Assembly: GCA_963620985.1 (NCBI GenBank)
Contig: CAVFCI010000001.1
Location: forward strand, 26,093 to 90,092
DNA: 64,000 nucleotides
Direction of reading: 5' to 3'
DNA from: Hallerella sp.
Lineage (GTDB): Bacteria > Bacillota > Clostridia > Oscillospirales > Oscillospiraceae
Part shown: one piece after another, positions 54,894 through 64,000 of the stretch
Layout of the letters: each line of letters starts with the position of its first letter
Position numbering within the stretch: position 1 is the stretch's first letter
Translations under genes and position numbers: made by a program
The notes under the pieces: model-generated
Seen by the model: the letters and a program-made list of their open reading frames with translations, nothing else
What the model was told of the DNA's origin: nothing
The model's database searches: none

Positions 54894-56969
54894 ATGCCAA
54901 GACAGTACTCACTTGAAAAAACAAGAAATATCGGTATCATGGCTCACATTGACGCCGGCAAAACTACGACTACCGAGCGTATTCTGTATTACACCGGCGT
55001 AAACTACAAGATCGGCGAGACTCACGAGGGTACCGCGACCATGGACTGGATGGAGCAGGAGCAGGAGAGAGGTATAACCATAACCTCCGCCGCGACCACC
55101 TGCCACTGGCGCGATACCAGGATCAACATCATTGATACTCCGGGTCACGTTGACTTTACCGTCGAGGTCGAGCGTTCGCTCCGTGTTCTTGACGGCTGTG
55201 TGACCGTATTGTGTGCCAAGGGCGGCGTTGAGCCGCAGTCCGAGACAGTTTGGAGACAGGCAGACCATTACAATGTTCCCCGCATGATATACGTCAACAA
55301 GATGGATATCATGGGCGCAGACTTCTACCATGTCCTCGACATGGTGCATGACAGACTCAAATGTAATGCAGTGCCCATCCAGCTCCCGATCGGCGCCGAA
55401 GCGGATTTCCGTGGCATAATCGATCTGGTTGAGATGAATGCCCGCATTTATTACGATGATCTCGGCAACGATATGCGCACCGAGGAGATACCCGAGGACA
55501 TGCGCGATCTGGCCGAGGAGTACCATGTAAAAATGCTGGAGGCTATCTCGGATTTCGACGACGAGATAATGATGCTTTATCTCGACGGCGAGGAGGTCCC
55601 GCAGGATATGATCCGTGCAGCCATCAGAAAGGCCACCTGCGCCGTAAAGATGGTTCCCGTGGTCTGCGGCACCTCGTATAAGAACAAAGGCGTGCAGAAG
55701 CTGCTCGACGCTATCGTTGAGTACATGCCCTCGCCGCTGGACATTCCCGCTATCAGCGGTGTAAACCCGAAGACCGACGAGGAGGAGACCCGCGAGGCTT
55801 CCGATGAGGCTCCGTTCTCCGCACTCGCGTTCAAGATCATGACCGACCCCTTCGTTGGCCGCCTGAGCTTCTTCCGTGTCTATTCCGGCATAGTTGAGGC
55901 GGGCAAGACCGTCCTGAACTCGTCCAAGGGTCAGCGCGAGCGTATCGGCAGGATACTGCTGATGCACGCAAACCACAGAGAAGATCTTTCCGTCGCCTAC
56001 TCCGGCGATATTGCCGCCGCGGTCGGCCTTAAAAACACCACCACGGGCGATACGCTCTGCGACGAGAAGCATCCTATCATCCTTGAATCCATGGAATTCC
56101 CCGAGCCCGTTATCCGCGTCGCTATCGAGCCCAAGACCAAGGCCGGTCAGGAGAAGATGGCCATCGCGCTTCAGAAGCTGGCAGAGGAGGATCCCACCTT
56201 CAAGACCTACACCGACGAGGAGTCGGGTCAGACCATTATCGCCGGTATGGGCGAGCTTCACCTTGAGATCATCGTTGACAGGCTTCTGCGCGAGTTCAAG
56301 GTCGAGGCCAATGTCGGCAAGCCGCAGGTCTCTTATAAGGAGACCATCACGCGCGAGGCGACCGTCGATACCCGCTATGCCCGTCAGACGGGCGGTAAGG
56401 GTCAGTTTGCACACTGCAAGATCATTGTTGAGCCCAACGAGTCCGGCAAGGGCTACGAGTTTATCAACAAGATCACCGGCGGCGCGATCCCCAAGGAGTA
56501 TATCCCCTGTGTCGATCAGGGTATTCAGGGCGCGATGCAGTCGGGTGTGCTCGCCGGCTATCAGGTCGTAGACGTGAAGGTAACGCTCATAGACGGCTCG
56601 TACCACGAGGTCGATTCGTCCGAAATGGCGTTCAAGATCTGCGGCAGCATGGCGTTCAAGGAAGCCTGCGAGAAGGCAGGCCCCACTCTGCTTGAACCTA
56701 TTATGAAGGTCGTCGTAACGGCTCCCGATGAATATATGGGCGACGTTATGGGCGATATAAATGCAAGACGCGGCCAGATCGTCGGCTCCGATATCAGAAA
56801 CGGCGCCGCGATAATCGAGGCAAACGTTCCTCTTGCATCCATGTTTGGCTACGCGACCGACCTGAGAAGCAAAACTCAGGGACGTGCGAATTACAGCATG
56901 GAGCCCAGCCACTATGTCGAGCTTCCGAAGAATCTTCAGGAGACTCTGCGCGGCGCTCGCAAGGGCTGA
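54894..56969 (+). CDS. fusA: Elongation factor G
   Basis: [28 protein letters not shown] and NKMD motifs. 691 aa. Confidence 0.95.
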   Translation: MPRQYSLEKTRNIGIMAHIDAGKTTTTERILYYTGVNYKIGETHEGTATMDWMEQEQERGITITSAATTCHWRDTRINIIDTPGHVDFTVEVERSLRVLDGCVTVLCAKGGVEPQSETVWRQADHYNVPRMIYVNKMDIMGADFYHVLDMVHDRLKCNAVPIQLPIGAEADFRGIIDLVEMNARIYYDDLGNDMRTEEIPEDMRDLAEEYHVKMLEAISDFDDEIMMLYLDGEEVPQDMIRAAIRKATCAVKMVPVVCGTSYKNKGVQKLLDAIVEYMPSPLDIPAISGVNPKTDEEETREASDEAPFSALAFKIMTDPFVGRLSFFRVYSGIVEAGKTVLNSSKGQRERIGRILLMHANHREDLSVAYSGDIAAAVGLKNTTTGDTLCDEKHPIILESMEFPEPVIRVAIEPKTKAGQEKMAIALQKLAEEDPTFKTYTDEESGQTIIAGMGELHLEIIVDRLLREFKVEANVGKPQVSYKETITREATVDTRYARQTGGKGQFAHCKIIVEPNESGKGYEFINKITGGAIPKEYIPCVDQGIQGAMQSGVLAGYQVVDVKVTLIDGSYHEVDSSEMAFKICGSMAFKEACEKAGPTLLEPIMKVVVTAPDEYMGDVMGDINARRGQIVGSDIRNGAAIIEANVPLASMFGYATDLRSKTQGRANYSMEPSHYVELPKNLQETLRGARKG

Positions 56970-57032
56970 TAAACCATATAAGCAAGTAGTTTAACAAAAA
57001 ACAATGTAATTAATTTCACGGAGGTTATTATT

Positions 57033-58235
57033 ATGGCAAAGCAGCAATTCGACAGATCCCTGCCCCACGTCAATATCGGCACCATCGGTCACATTGACCA
57101 CGGCAAGACCACTCTGACCGCAGCTATCACCAAGTACCTGGCTCTGTTCGGCGGCGCTGAGTACACCGATTACTCTTCCATCGACAAGGCTCCCGAAGAG
57201 AGAGAGCGCGGCATCACCATCAACACCGCACACGTCGAGTACAAGACCGCAAATCGTCACTACGCACACGTTGACTGCCCGGGCCACGCTGACTATATCA
57301 AGAACATGATCACCGGCGCAGCTCAGATGGACGGCGCTATCCTCGTTATCGCAGCATCCGACGGCCCCATGGCTCAGACCCGCGAGCACCTTCTGCTTGC
57401 CCGTCAGGTTAACGTTCCTTCCGTTCTCGTATTCCTGAACAAGTGCGATCAGGTTGACGACGAGGAGCTCCTCGAGCTCGTCGAGATGGAAGTCCGCGAG
57501 CTGCTCGACTTCTACGGCTTCCCCGGAGACGACACCCCCATCATCCGCGGCTCCGCTCTTAACGCACTCGTTTGCGAGTCCAACGATCCCAATGCTCCCG
57601 AGTATGCCTGCATCAAGGAGCTCATGGACGCAGTCGATACATGGATCCCCACTCCCGACCGCAAGGCAGACCAGCCGTTCCTTATGCCCATCGAGGACGT
57701 ATTCACCATCTCCGGCCGCGGCACTGTTACCACCGGCCGTGTAGAGCGTGGCCGCGTCAAGGTTGGCGACAAGGTTCAGATCGTCGGCCTGAAGGACGAG
57801 ATCACCGAGACCACCGTTACCGGTACCGAGATGTTCCACAAGATCCTCGAGTACGCAGAGGCCGGTGATAACGTCGGTACTCTTCTCCGCGGCGTTGCAA
57901 AGAAGGACGTAGAGCGCGGCCAGGTTCTGGCAGCTCCCGGCTCCATCAAGCCCCACACCAAGTTCGTCGGCCAGGTTTACGTCCTGTCCAAGGACGAGGG
58001 CGGCCGTCATACCCCGTTCTTCAACAACTACCGTCCCCAGTTCTACTTCCGTACCACCGACGTTACCGGTGTTATCACCCTTCCCGAAGGCACTGAGATG
58101 TGCATGCCCGGCGATAACGTCGATATGAAGGTCGAGCTGATCACCCCGATCGCAATCGAAAAGGGACTGCGCTTCGCTATCCGTGAGGGTGGCCGCACTG
58201 TCGGTTCCGGCGTTGTTATCGAGGTCGAGGAGTAA
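57033..58235 (+). CDS. tuf: Elongation factor Tu
   Basis: [28 protein letters not shown] and NKCD motifs. 400 aa. Confidence 0.95.
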   Translation: MAKQQFDRSLPHVNIGTIGHIDHGKTTLTAAITKYLALFGGAEYTDYSSIDKAPEERERGITINTAHVEYKTANRHYAHVDCPGHADYIKNMITGAAQMDGAILVIAASDGPMAQTREHLLLARQVNVPSVLVFLNKCDQVDDEELLELVEMEVRELLDFYGFPGDDTPIIRGSALNALVCESNDPNAPEYACIKELMDAVDTWIPTPDRKADQPFLMPIEDVFTISGRGTVTTGRVERGRVKVGDKVQIVGLKDEITETTVTGTEMFHKILEYAEAGDNVGTLLRGVAKKDVERGQVLAAPGSIKPHTKFVGQVYVLSKDEGGRHTPFFNNYRPQFYFRTTDVTGVITLPEGTEMCMPGDNVDMKVELITPIAIEKGLRFAIREGGRTVGSGVVIEVEE

Positions 58236-58268
58236 TTTCCAAAACCGAATGAACCGAGGTTCATAAGA

Positions 58269-58306
58269 AAATACACCTTGAGGCAAAAGCCTCAAGGTGT
58301 ATTTTT
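58269..58306 (+). terminator. Rho-independent terminator of the str operon
   Basis: ATACACCTTGAGGC-AAAA-GCCTCAAGGTGTAT followed by TTTTTG. Confidence 0.8.
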
Positions 58307-58396
58307 GTCGTGAACCTATCGTACCGCCGATTGACAAGAGCGCCCACAGTTTTGACAGGCTCAAAAGCGCCCATGCGGCGTTAAAGCCCTTGCTGC

Positions 58397-58858
58397 TTAG
58401 CGGGATCTTATGCCGTGCATGAAGCCGTTGATCTCTGCCGAATGTATATCTCCGCCGATAACGCGGGTGCCCTTGACGTAGAGCACGGCATACACCGTTC
58501 CCGTGCAGCCTTCGTAGCTCGTGACGGTGTATGTAAACTGCCTGCACTCAAGCCCGGCATAGGACGCGAAGTCATAGCCCTGAGCAGTCTGCATATCGGC
58601 ATATTCGCGCACCGCGCCCTCAAAGCTTTTCGGCAGCAGCACCGTGCGCTCCTCCTCGCTGTCGGGATCGACATCCCAGCCGCAGGAGGCGAGGTATTTC
58701 ACGCGCCCCTTGAGCTGCGATACGTCGAGCATGTCGCCCGTGCTCAGCAGACTGCGCGGCGACGAGCATAGCACGACTGCGGCGGAAAGGCATAGCCCGA
58801 GCAGGAGCAGCAGCGCGGCCGCACGTTTTTTCGTCAGCTTTAAACTTTTCGTAAACAT
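58397..58858 (-). CDS. Membrane-anchored protein, DUF4830-like
   Basis: N-terminal signal/anchor helix, then a ~110-aa domain (GWDVDPDSEEERTVLLPKSF...YADMQTAQGYDF). The family assignment is tentative. Confidence 0.45.
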   Translation of the reverse strand: MFTKSLKLTKKRAAALLLLLGLCLSAAVVLCSSPRSLLSTGDMLDVSQLKGRVKYLASCGWDVDPDSEEERTVLLPKSFEGAVREYADMQTAQGYDFASYAGLECRQFTYTVTSYEGCTGTVYAVLYVKGTRVIGGDIHSAEINGFMHGIRSR

Positions 58859-58948
58859 ATTCGTATATCAGCCTTTGCCTATTCAAAAAATATATACCTT
58901 GTGTTATAATAACCCGATACTGAAGCTTATGCCGGACAGGGGGTCAAT

Positions 58949-59662
58949 ATGCCGATAATGCGACTGGACAAGCTGCTTTCCGAGTGCACCGCGCTTTCAC
59001 GAAGTCAGCTGCGACAAATAATCAAAAGCGGCTGCGTCAGCGTTGACGGTCAGACCGTCACCTCGCCTGAGCAGAGGGTGGACAGCGACGCCGCTCGCGT
59101 AGAGCTTGACGGAAAGCCCGTGAACTATGCGAAATTCTGCTACTATATGCTCAATAAGCCGGCGGGGATACTCTCCGCCACGGACGATAAAAAGCAGAAA
59201 ACGGTCATCGACCTGTTTCCGCCGGAGCTCAAAAAGAAAAATCTTTTTCCCGTCGGCAGACTGGATAAGGATACGACGGGGCTTCTCATAATAACAAACG
59301 ACGGCGAATTTGCCCACAGGGTCATCTCTCCGAAGTCGGAGATAGTCAAGACCTATCACGCGGTCACGGAAGGCTCCGTTGACGAGAGCGATATCGAGGC
59401 GTTCCGGCAGGGGATAGTGCTCGCTGACGGGACACAGTGCCTGCCGGCAGAGCTTGAAGGGCTGCCGGACGGGAGCTGTCTTGTGCACGTCATGGAGGGA
59501 AAGTACCATCAGGTCAAGCGTATGCTCGCCTCGCGCGGCAAGCCCGTGACGGCTTTGAAACGCCTGTCAATAGGCGGCTTGAGGCTTGATAACAGCCTGC
59601 TTCAGGGCGAATTCAGGCCATTGACAGAAAAAGAGTTGTGCAGTGTGAATAAGAAAAAATAA
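58949..59662 (+). CDS. Pseudouridine synthase, RsuA/RluB family with S4 domain
   Basis: MRLDKLL S4 N-terminus and the catalytic GRLDKDTTGLLIITNDG motif. Confidence 0.85.
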   Translation: MPIMRLDKLLSECTALSRSQLRQIIKSGCVSVDGQTVTSPEQRVDSDAARVELDGKPVNYAKFCYYMLNKPAGILSATDDKKQKTVIDLFPPELKKKNLFPVGRLDKDTTGLLIITNDGEFAHRVISPKSEIVKTYHAVTEGSVDESDIEAFRQGIVLADGTQCLPAELEGLPDGSCLVHVMEGKYHQVKRMLASRGKPVTALKRLSIGGLRLDNSLLQGEFRPLTEKELCSVNKKK

Positions 59663-59747
59663 CAAAAAATCAAGGCTGTATTTGGTGCTTTTAGCAAAAC
59701 AATTATCGCTTTTTTTAAAATATTCACAAAAATAATGCGGTTTTCTA

Positions 59748-59776
59748 TTGAAAAACGCACAAAAAAGTATTATCAT
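59748..59776 (+). promoter_or_regulatory. Sigma-A-like promoter of the PucR-family regulator gene
   Basis: TTGAAA, 17-nt spacer, TATCAT. Confidence 0.4.
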
Positions 59777-59841
59777 GTAGAAAGTGTTGAATATTATTTA
59801 TCGTTAAAATACCCATAAGCTTCAGGGGAGGTAAAAAGACG

Positions 59842-60933
59842 ATGTCCAGCAGAATTTTTCAGGGCGTGATAATGCAAATAAAGGAAGCTACTGACAGGTG
59901 CATAGGCATCATTGACGATCAGGGCTTCGTTATTACATGCAGCGAGCTTCCGATGATCGGATCGAGGCTCGACGATTTTTCGAGCATGAATTATGATTTC
60001 TCGGAGCCCGTATATGTCAGCGGTATGCGCACATATAAGGTGCTCAGCAACACGAGCAAGTTTGACTATGCCGTGTTCGTCGAGGGCTGCGATGATATGG
60101 CGCGTATGACGTGCATGATGGCGGCCGTCGCCTTTAACGAGGCAAAGCTCAATTATGAGGAGAAGTACAATAAGGCAGCCTTCCTCAAAAACATTATTTC
60201 CGACAACATCCTCCCCGGTGATGTTTATGTGAGGACAAAGGAACTGCACTTTGCTCCCGACGTTCCGCGTGCGCTGATGCTCGTGCGTCAGGTCGAGCGT
60301 ACCGATGTCGCCTGCGTCGAGGTGCTCCAGACGCTTTTCCCCGATAAGCAGCATGACTTCGTCATCAGCATAAACGAGAGTGATATCGTCGTTATAAAGG
60401 AACTCCCCGGCGGCGAGAACAGCGCCGAGGTCAAGGCCATTGCGGAGAGCATCGAGACCGTTCTGCGCAGCGAGCTCCAGATAAAGTGCAATATAGGCAT
60501 AGGAACGACGGCAAGGCACCTGCGCGAGCTTGCCGACCGCTATAAGGAAGCGCAGATAGCCATTGACGTCGGCAGGGTCTTCGATTCGGAAAAGACGATA
60601 ATAAGCTATGAAAATCTCGGCATTGGCCGTATTATATATCAGCTCCCCACAACGCTCTGCGAAATGTTCCTCAACGAGGTGTTCAAGAAAAACCCGCTTG
60701 AAACGCTCGACGAGGACACGCTTGAGACTATAAATAAATTTTTCGAGAATAACCTCAACGTCTCGGAAACGAGCCGCAAGCTGTATGTCCACCGCAATAC
60801 GCTCGTCTACCGCCTTGAAAAGATCAAGAAGATCACGGGGCTCGACCTGCGCGAGTTTGACCATGCGATCGTGTTCAAGGTCGCAATGATGGTCAAGCAG
60901 TATCTCGATTCGGTCAACAGCAATGGCCGCTGA
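59842..60933 (+). CDS. PucR/CdaR-family transcriptional regulator
   Basis: C-terminal HTH NVSETSRKLYVHRNTLVYRLEKIKKITGLDL. Confidence 0.75.
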   Translation: MSSRIFQGVIMQIKEATDRCIGIIDDQGFVITCSELPMIGSRLDDFSSMNYDFSEPVYVSGMRTYKVLSNTSKFDYAVFVEGCDDMARMTCMMAAVAFNEAKLNYEEKYNKAAFLKNIISDNILPGDVYVRTKELHFAPDVPRALMLVRQVERTDVACVEVLQTLFPDKQHDFVISINESDIVVIKELPGGENSAEVKAIAESIETVLRSELQIKCNIGIGTTARHLRELADRYKEAQIAIDVGRVFDSEKTIISYENLGIGRIIYQLPTTLCEMFLNEVFKKNPLETLDEDTLETINKFFENNLNVSETSRKLYVHRNTLVYRLEKIKKITGLDLREFDHAIVFKVAMMVKQYLDSVNSNGR

Positions 60934-60979
60934 AATCCACAGGGGAGAAACCCCGATATCCTCAGGAGGAAAATGACAC

Positions 60980-61672
60980 ATGGTTCAGATGAACAATGTA
61001 ACGATGGTCTATGACAACAGTGATGTTGCCGCGCTGGATAATTTCAGCCTTACGATAAGCGAGGGCGAGTTTGCCTTCCTCGTAGGGCCGTCAGGCTCCG
61101 GCAAGACGACGATCATAAAGCTCTTAACGGGTGAGATAATGGCATCCGAGGGCGAGGTCGTTGTAAACGGCTTTAATATGAATAAGCTCAAGCGCCGCAA
61201 GATGCCGCAGATGAGAAGAACGCTCGGCGTTATCTTTCAGGATTTCAGACTTATCGACAAGATGACGGTGTACGATAACGTTGCGTTTGCCATGCACGTT
61301 GTCGGCGCGTCGAACAAGTCGATAAAGGATCGCGTGCCCCGCGTGCTGGAGCTTGTCGGCCTTGACGGGCGCGAAAAGCGCCTTCCGGCGGAGCTCTCCG
61401 GCGGCGAGCAGCAGCGTGTCGCCATTGCGCGCGCGCTGGTCAACAACCCGACCATGATAATTGCCGACGAGCCTACGGGAAACCTCGACCCCGTGCGCAG
61501 TCTCGAGCTCATGCTCCTGCTTGAAAAGATAAACGAAATGGGCACCACGATCCTCGTGGTAACTCACGAAAAGGAGCTGGTCAACGCTTTCTCCAAGCGC
61601 GTCATCGCCATCGACGGCGGTCACCTGATCAGCGACGGAATGGACGGGTACTACAGCTATGAAGTTGAATAG
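60980..61672 (+). CDS. ftsE: Cell-division ABC ATPase FtsE
   Basis: [23 protein letters not shown] and [11 protein letters not shown] motifs. Followed by ftsX. Confidence 0.9.
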   Translation: MVQMNNVTMVYDNSDVAALDNFSLTISEGEFAFLVGPSGSGKTTIIKLLTGEIMASEGEVVVNGFNMNKLKRRKMPQMRRTLGVIFQDFRLIDKMTVYDNVAFAMHVVGASNKSIKDRVPRVLELVGLDGREKRLPAELSGGEQQRVAIARALVNNPTMIIADEPTGNLDPVRSLELMLLLEKINEMGTTILVVTHEKELVNAFSKRVIAIDGGHLISDGMDGYYSYEVE

Positions 61673-62546
61673 ATACGGATATCTTATAGGCGAGGGCTTC
61701 CGCAACATCTTTACCCACGGCTTTATGTCCTTTGCCTCAGTAACGATAATAATCGCCTGCCTTATCATAATGGGCAGCTTTACGCTTCTTGATATAAACA
61801 TCAATAAGATGATCGAGGATATAGGCAATCAGAATCAGATCCTTGCATATGTCGATGAGGATATGACGGCGCAGGAGGCGTCCGCGCAGATACAGCCAAA
61901 GCTTGAGGCGCTTGACAATGTTGCAAGCGTTGACTTTATAAGCCGCAGCGAGGCAATGCAGAACTACCTTGAAGACTACGACGACAGCTTCGCTGAGGGT
62001 CTTGACGAAGAGGTGTTCCGCCATCGCTTTGTTATCCAGCTCGTCGATCTGAGCCAGATGGACGTGACCAGCGCGGCCATTGAAGGTGTTGACGGCATCG
62101 TGAAGGTGAACGCCCCCACGAAGTTTGCCGATAAATTCATATCGGTGCGCAATGTAATAAGCGTCGTTTCGCTCGTGCTCATCGCTATCCTCGGCTTTGT
62201 GTCGCTGTTTATTATGAGCAACACCATAAAGCTCGCAACCTACGGACGGCGCGAGGAGATAGCCATTATGAAGATGGTCGGCGCGTCAAACAGCTTTATT
62301 CGCTGCCCATTCGTCGTAGAGGGTCTGGTGCTCGGCATTGTCGGCGGCGGACTTGCCTTCCTTGCACAGTGGGGACTGTATAAGGCGCTCGAAACAAAGG
62401 TCGCGTCGAGCCTTGCCATTTCGTATATAAGCATCGTGCCGTTTGCAAACGTGTGGACGGTCGTGCTCGCAGCGTTCATGGCGGTCGGCGTTCTCGTCGG
62501 CGCAGTCGGCGGCGTTATCGCTATCAGAAACTACCTCAAGGTGTGA
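61659..62546 (+). CDS. ftsX: Cell-division permease-like protein FtsX
   Basis: N-terminus GYLIGEGFRNIFTHGFMSFASV, a large extracellular loop and 3 C-terminal TM helices with MKMVGAS. Confidence 0.85.
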   Translation: MKLNRYGYLIGEGFRNIFTHGFMSFASVTIIIACLIIMGSFTLLDININKMIEDIGNQNQILAYVDEDMTAQEASAQIQPKLEALDNVASVDFISRSEAMQNYLEDYDDSFAEGLDEEVFRHRFVIQLVDLSQMDVTSAAIEGVDGIVKVNAPTKFADKFISVRNVISVVSLVLIAILGFVSLFIMSNTIKLATYGRREEIAIMKMVGASNSFIRCPFVVEGLVLGIVGGGLAFLAQWGLYKALETKVASSLAISYISIVPFANVWTVVLAAFMAVGVLVGAVGGVIAIRNYLKV

Positions 62547-62556
62547 GGAGCGGAAC

Positions 62557-62718
62557 ATGAACAGAAGATTAGTCGTATCCATATTGGCAATGCTCCTTGT
62601 GCTGACCATGATACTCAGCCTTGTGCTCACGGTGATCCCCGTAAAGGCTGATGCACCCGAGCAGAGCCCCGTCGGGGAGCCTGCCGCTGTGCAGAGCATA
62701 GCCGAAGAATGTAATTAA
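62557..62718 (+). CDS. Candidate small secreted peptide (53 aa)
   Basis: GAGGAG RBS 6 nt upstream. Basic N-terminus plus a hydrophobic core (RRLVVSILAMLLVLTMILSLVLTVIPVKA), then an acidic ~22-aa tail. A stable hairpin follows at 62725-62754. Confidence 0.35.
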   Translation: MNRRLVVSILAMLLVLTMILSLVLTVIPVKADAPEQSPVGEPAAVQSIAEECN

Positions 62719-62794
62719 ATGATTTTGACTGGCGGCCATCCGGCTGCCAGTCAAACGTACTGTTAACCACTGTTTCAGGGTAAGGAGAAACTTG

Positions 62795-63961
62795 ATGGAA
62801 AAACGTTCACAGCCGCAATTCGGCAGAAAATTTAAGCTGCTTCACCTTATAATAGTGGCTCTTATAGTCATGATCGTGACCGCCGCCGTGACCTATTTCA
62901 TAACGACAGGCGGCTTTTCCGACAGGCAGTATCTAAAGGATGCCAAGGCCTATGTCGAGATAGAAAAGATAATAAACGAAAATTATATAGGCGAGGTCAA
63001 CGAGGATACGCTGTATAATGCAGCGGCCTCGGCAATGGTGCGCAGCATTGACGATAAGTGGAGCTATTACATGAGCCCCGAGGAATACGCAGCCTATAAG
63101 CTGTCCTCGGCAAACGAATATGCCGGTATCGGCGTAAGCGTCAAGCTCAACGACAAGGGCAAGTTCGAGATATTCGCCGTCGAGGACGGAACTCCGGCGG
63201 CAACGGCGGGGCTCAACGTCGGACAGACGATAGTTTCCGTTGACGGGCAGGCGACCGAGGGCATGACTGCTGCCGAGCTTCAGGAGCTCATCCGCTCAAA
63301 GCTCAACAAGAACTTCCCAATGGTCATTGCCGACGAAAAGGGAAACGAGTCGAGCGTGACCATATCCTGCGAGGTCATATACAAAAATCCCGTGTCCTCG
63401 AAAATGCTCAGCAATAGCATCGGGTATATAAAGATATCGAACTTTGAGGCCGGAAGCAGCGAGGGCACGATAGGCGCTATCGAAAAGCTCACAGCCGAGG
63501 GCGCAAAGTCATTCATCTTCGATGTGCGCGACAATCCCGGCGGCCTCGTCAGTGAGCTCGTCTCGCTGCTTGACTATCTGCTGCCGGACGGCGACCTGTT
63601 CGTGAGCGTCGATAAGGCCGGAAAGGAAACGGTCAAGACCTCGGACAAGGTATGCCTGAGCGCGAAGATGGCCGTTCTGGTCAACGAAAATAGCTATAGT
63701 GCAGCGGAGTTTTTTGCAGCGGCGCTTCAGGAGTATGACTGGGCGACGATAGTCGGCGAGCATACGACAGGCAAGGCCAGAAGTCAGGTGACGATAGAGC
63801 TTTCAAACGGCGGCGCGATACACATTTCGACCAACAAGTATCTCACGCCCAAGCGCGTCGATCTTGCCGAGGCAGGAGGCATAAAGCCCGATATCGAGGC
63901 GTACAACACCGATGAGGATACACAGGTGCAGCTCAACGCGGCGATAAAAGCCCTGAGCTGA
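62795..63961 (+). CDS. S41-family C-terminal processing peptidase (Ctp)
   Basis: N-terminal TM anchor, PDZ segment (GIGVSV...GTPAATAGLNVGQTIVSVDG), S41 motifs FDVRDNPGG and NENSYSAAEFF. Confidence 0.85.
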   Translation: MEKRSQPQFGRKFKLLHLIIVALIVMIVTAAVTYFITTGGFSDRQYLKDAKAYVEIEKIINENYIGEVNEDTLYNAAASAMVRSIDDKWSYYMSPEEYAAYKLSSANEYAGIGVSVKLNDKGKFEIFAVEDGTPAATAGLNVGQTIVSVDGQATEGMTAAELQELIRSKLNKNFPMVIADEKGNESSVTISCEVIYKNPVSSKMLSNSIGYIKISNFEAGSSEGTIGAIEKLTAEGAKSFIFDVRDNPGGLVSELVSLLDYLLPDGDLFVSVDKAGKETVKTSDKVCLSAKMAVLVNENSYSAAEFFAAALQEYDWATIVGEHTTGKARSQVTIELSNGGAIHISTNKYLTPKRVDLAEAGGIKPDIEAYNTDEDTQVQLNAAIKALS

Positions 63962-64000
63962 ATATCAATAAGTAATAAATTAGGATCATAAAGGAGAGCT

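Noticed and set aside
54909-56912. 667-aa ORF antisense to fusA. A similar 518-aa ORF (56991-58547) lies antisense to tuf.
   Set aside because: The sense strand encodes unmistakable EF-G and EF-Tu. The antisense translations are low-complexity (Ala/Gly/Arg/Leu-rich) with no motifs. This is the typical stop-codon-poor artefact of high-GC coding DNA.

Overview
This 64-kb window looks like chromosomal DNA from a high-GC, spore-forming Firmicute, probably Clostridia of the Oscillospiraceae or Ruminococcaceae type. That placement is inferred from protein motifs and gene order only. All calls come from reading motifs in the supplied translations and the DNA by eye; no database search was run.

**Core genes, left to right:**
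- prmC, a DUF1385 gene and an OmpR-type two-component pair (minus strand).
- A stand-alone tRNA-Leu(CAA) with its own promoter and terminator.
- larB-larE-larC, the nickel-pincer cofactor genes, with no larA in the window.
- A DUF1836/DegV pair.
- A four-subunit 2-oxoacid:ferredoxin oxidoreductase operon, headed by an unassigned P-loop NTPase.
- nudF, murA, an MBL hydrolase, rlmH, a phosphohexomutase and a split chromate transporter.
- The sporulation and housekeeping block ylbJ / yqfC-yqfD-phoH-ybeY-era-yqzL-recO-mutS2.
- ptsH, uvrC-rsmD-coaD, the str operon (rpsL-rpsG-fusA-tuf), rsuA, a PucR regulator, ftsEX and an S41 protease.

**Less ordinary loci:**
1. A tightly packed operon (25160-29372, minus strand) with partner-switching parts but no sigma factor. 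It encodes a membrane PP2C phosphatase fused to an RsbW-type kinase, a free STAS protein, an HD-type small alarmone hydrolase, and a second STAS domain fused to an APH-like kinase.
2. A single gene (6661-8220) encoding an N-terminal TIR domain, a Lys-rich stop-transfer segment, one TM helix and C-terminal leucine-rich repeats. This is a Toll-like-receptor-style layout in a bacterium.
3. A locus behind a cobalamin riboswitch (14420-21338). It encodes an SLH-anchored PQQ-like beta-propeller, a transcobalamin-like DUF4430 lipoprotein and a dedicated ECF transporter.
4. A low-GC block of secreted and membrane proteins of unknown function (10003-12596). It is bracketed by imperfect copies of a tRNA-T-arm-like motif and sits next to an ECF-type sigma/anti-sigma pair whose leader carries three consecutive perfect palindromes.

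No CRISPR array, transposase, integrase or rRNA was seen. Many long antisense ORFs in the track are high-GC artefacts.
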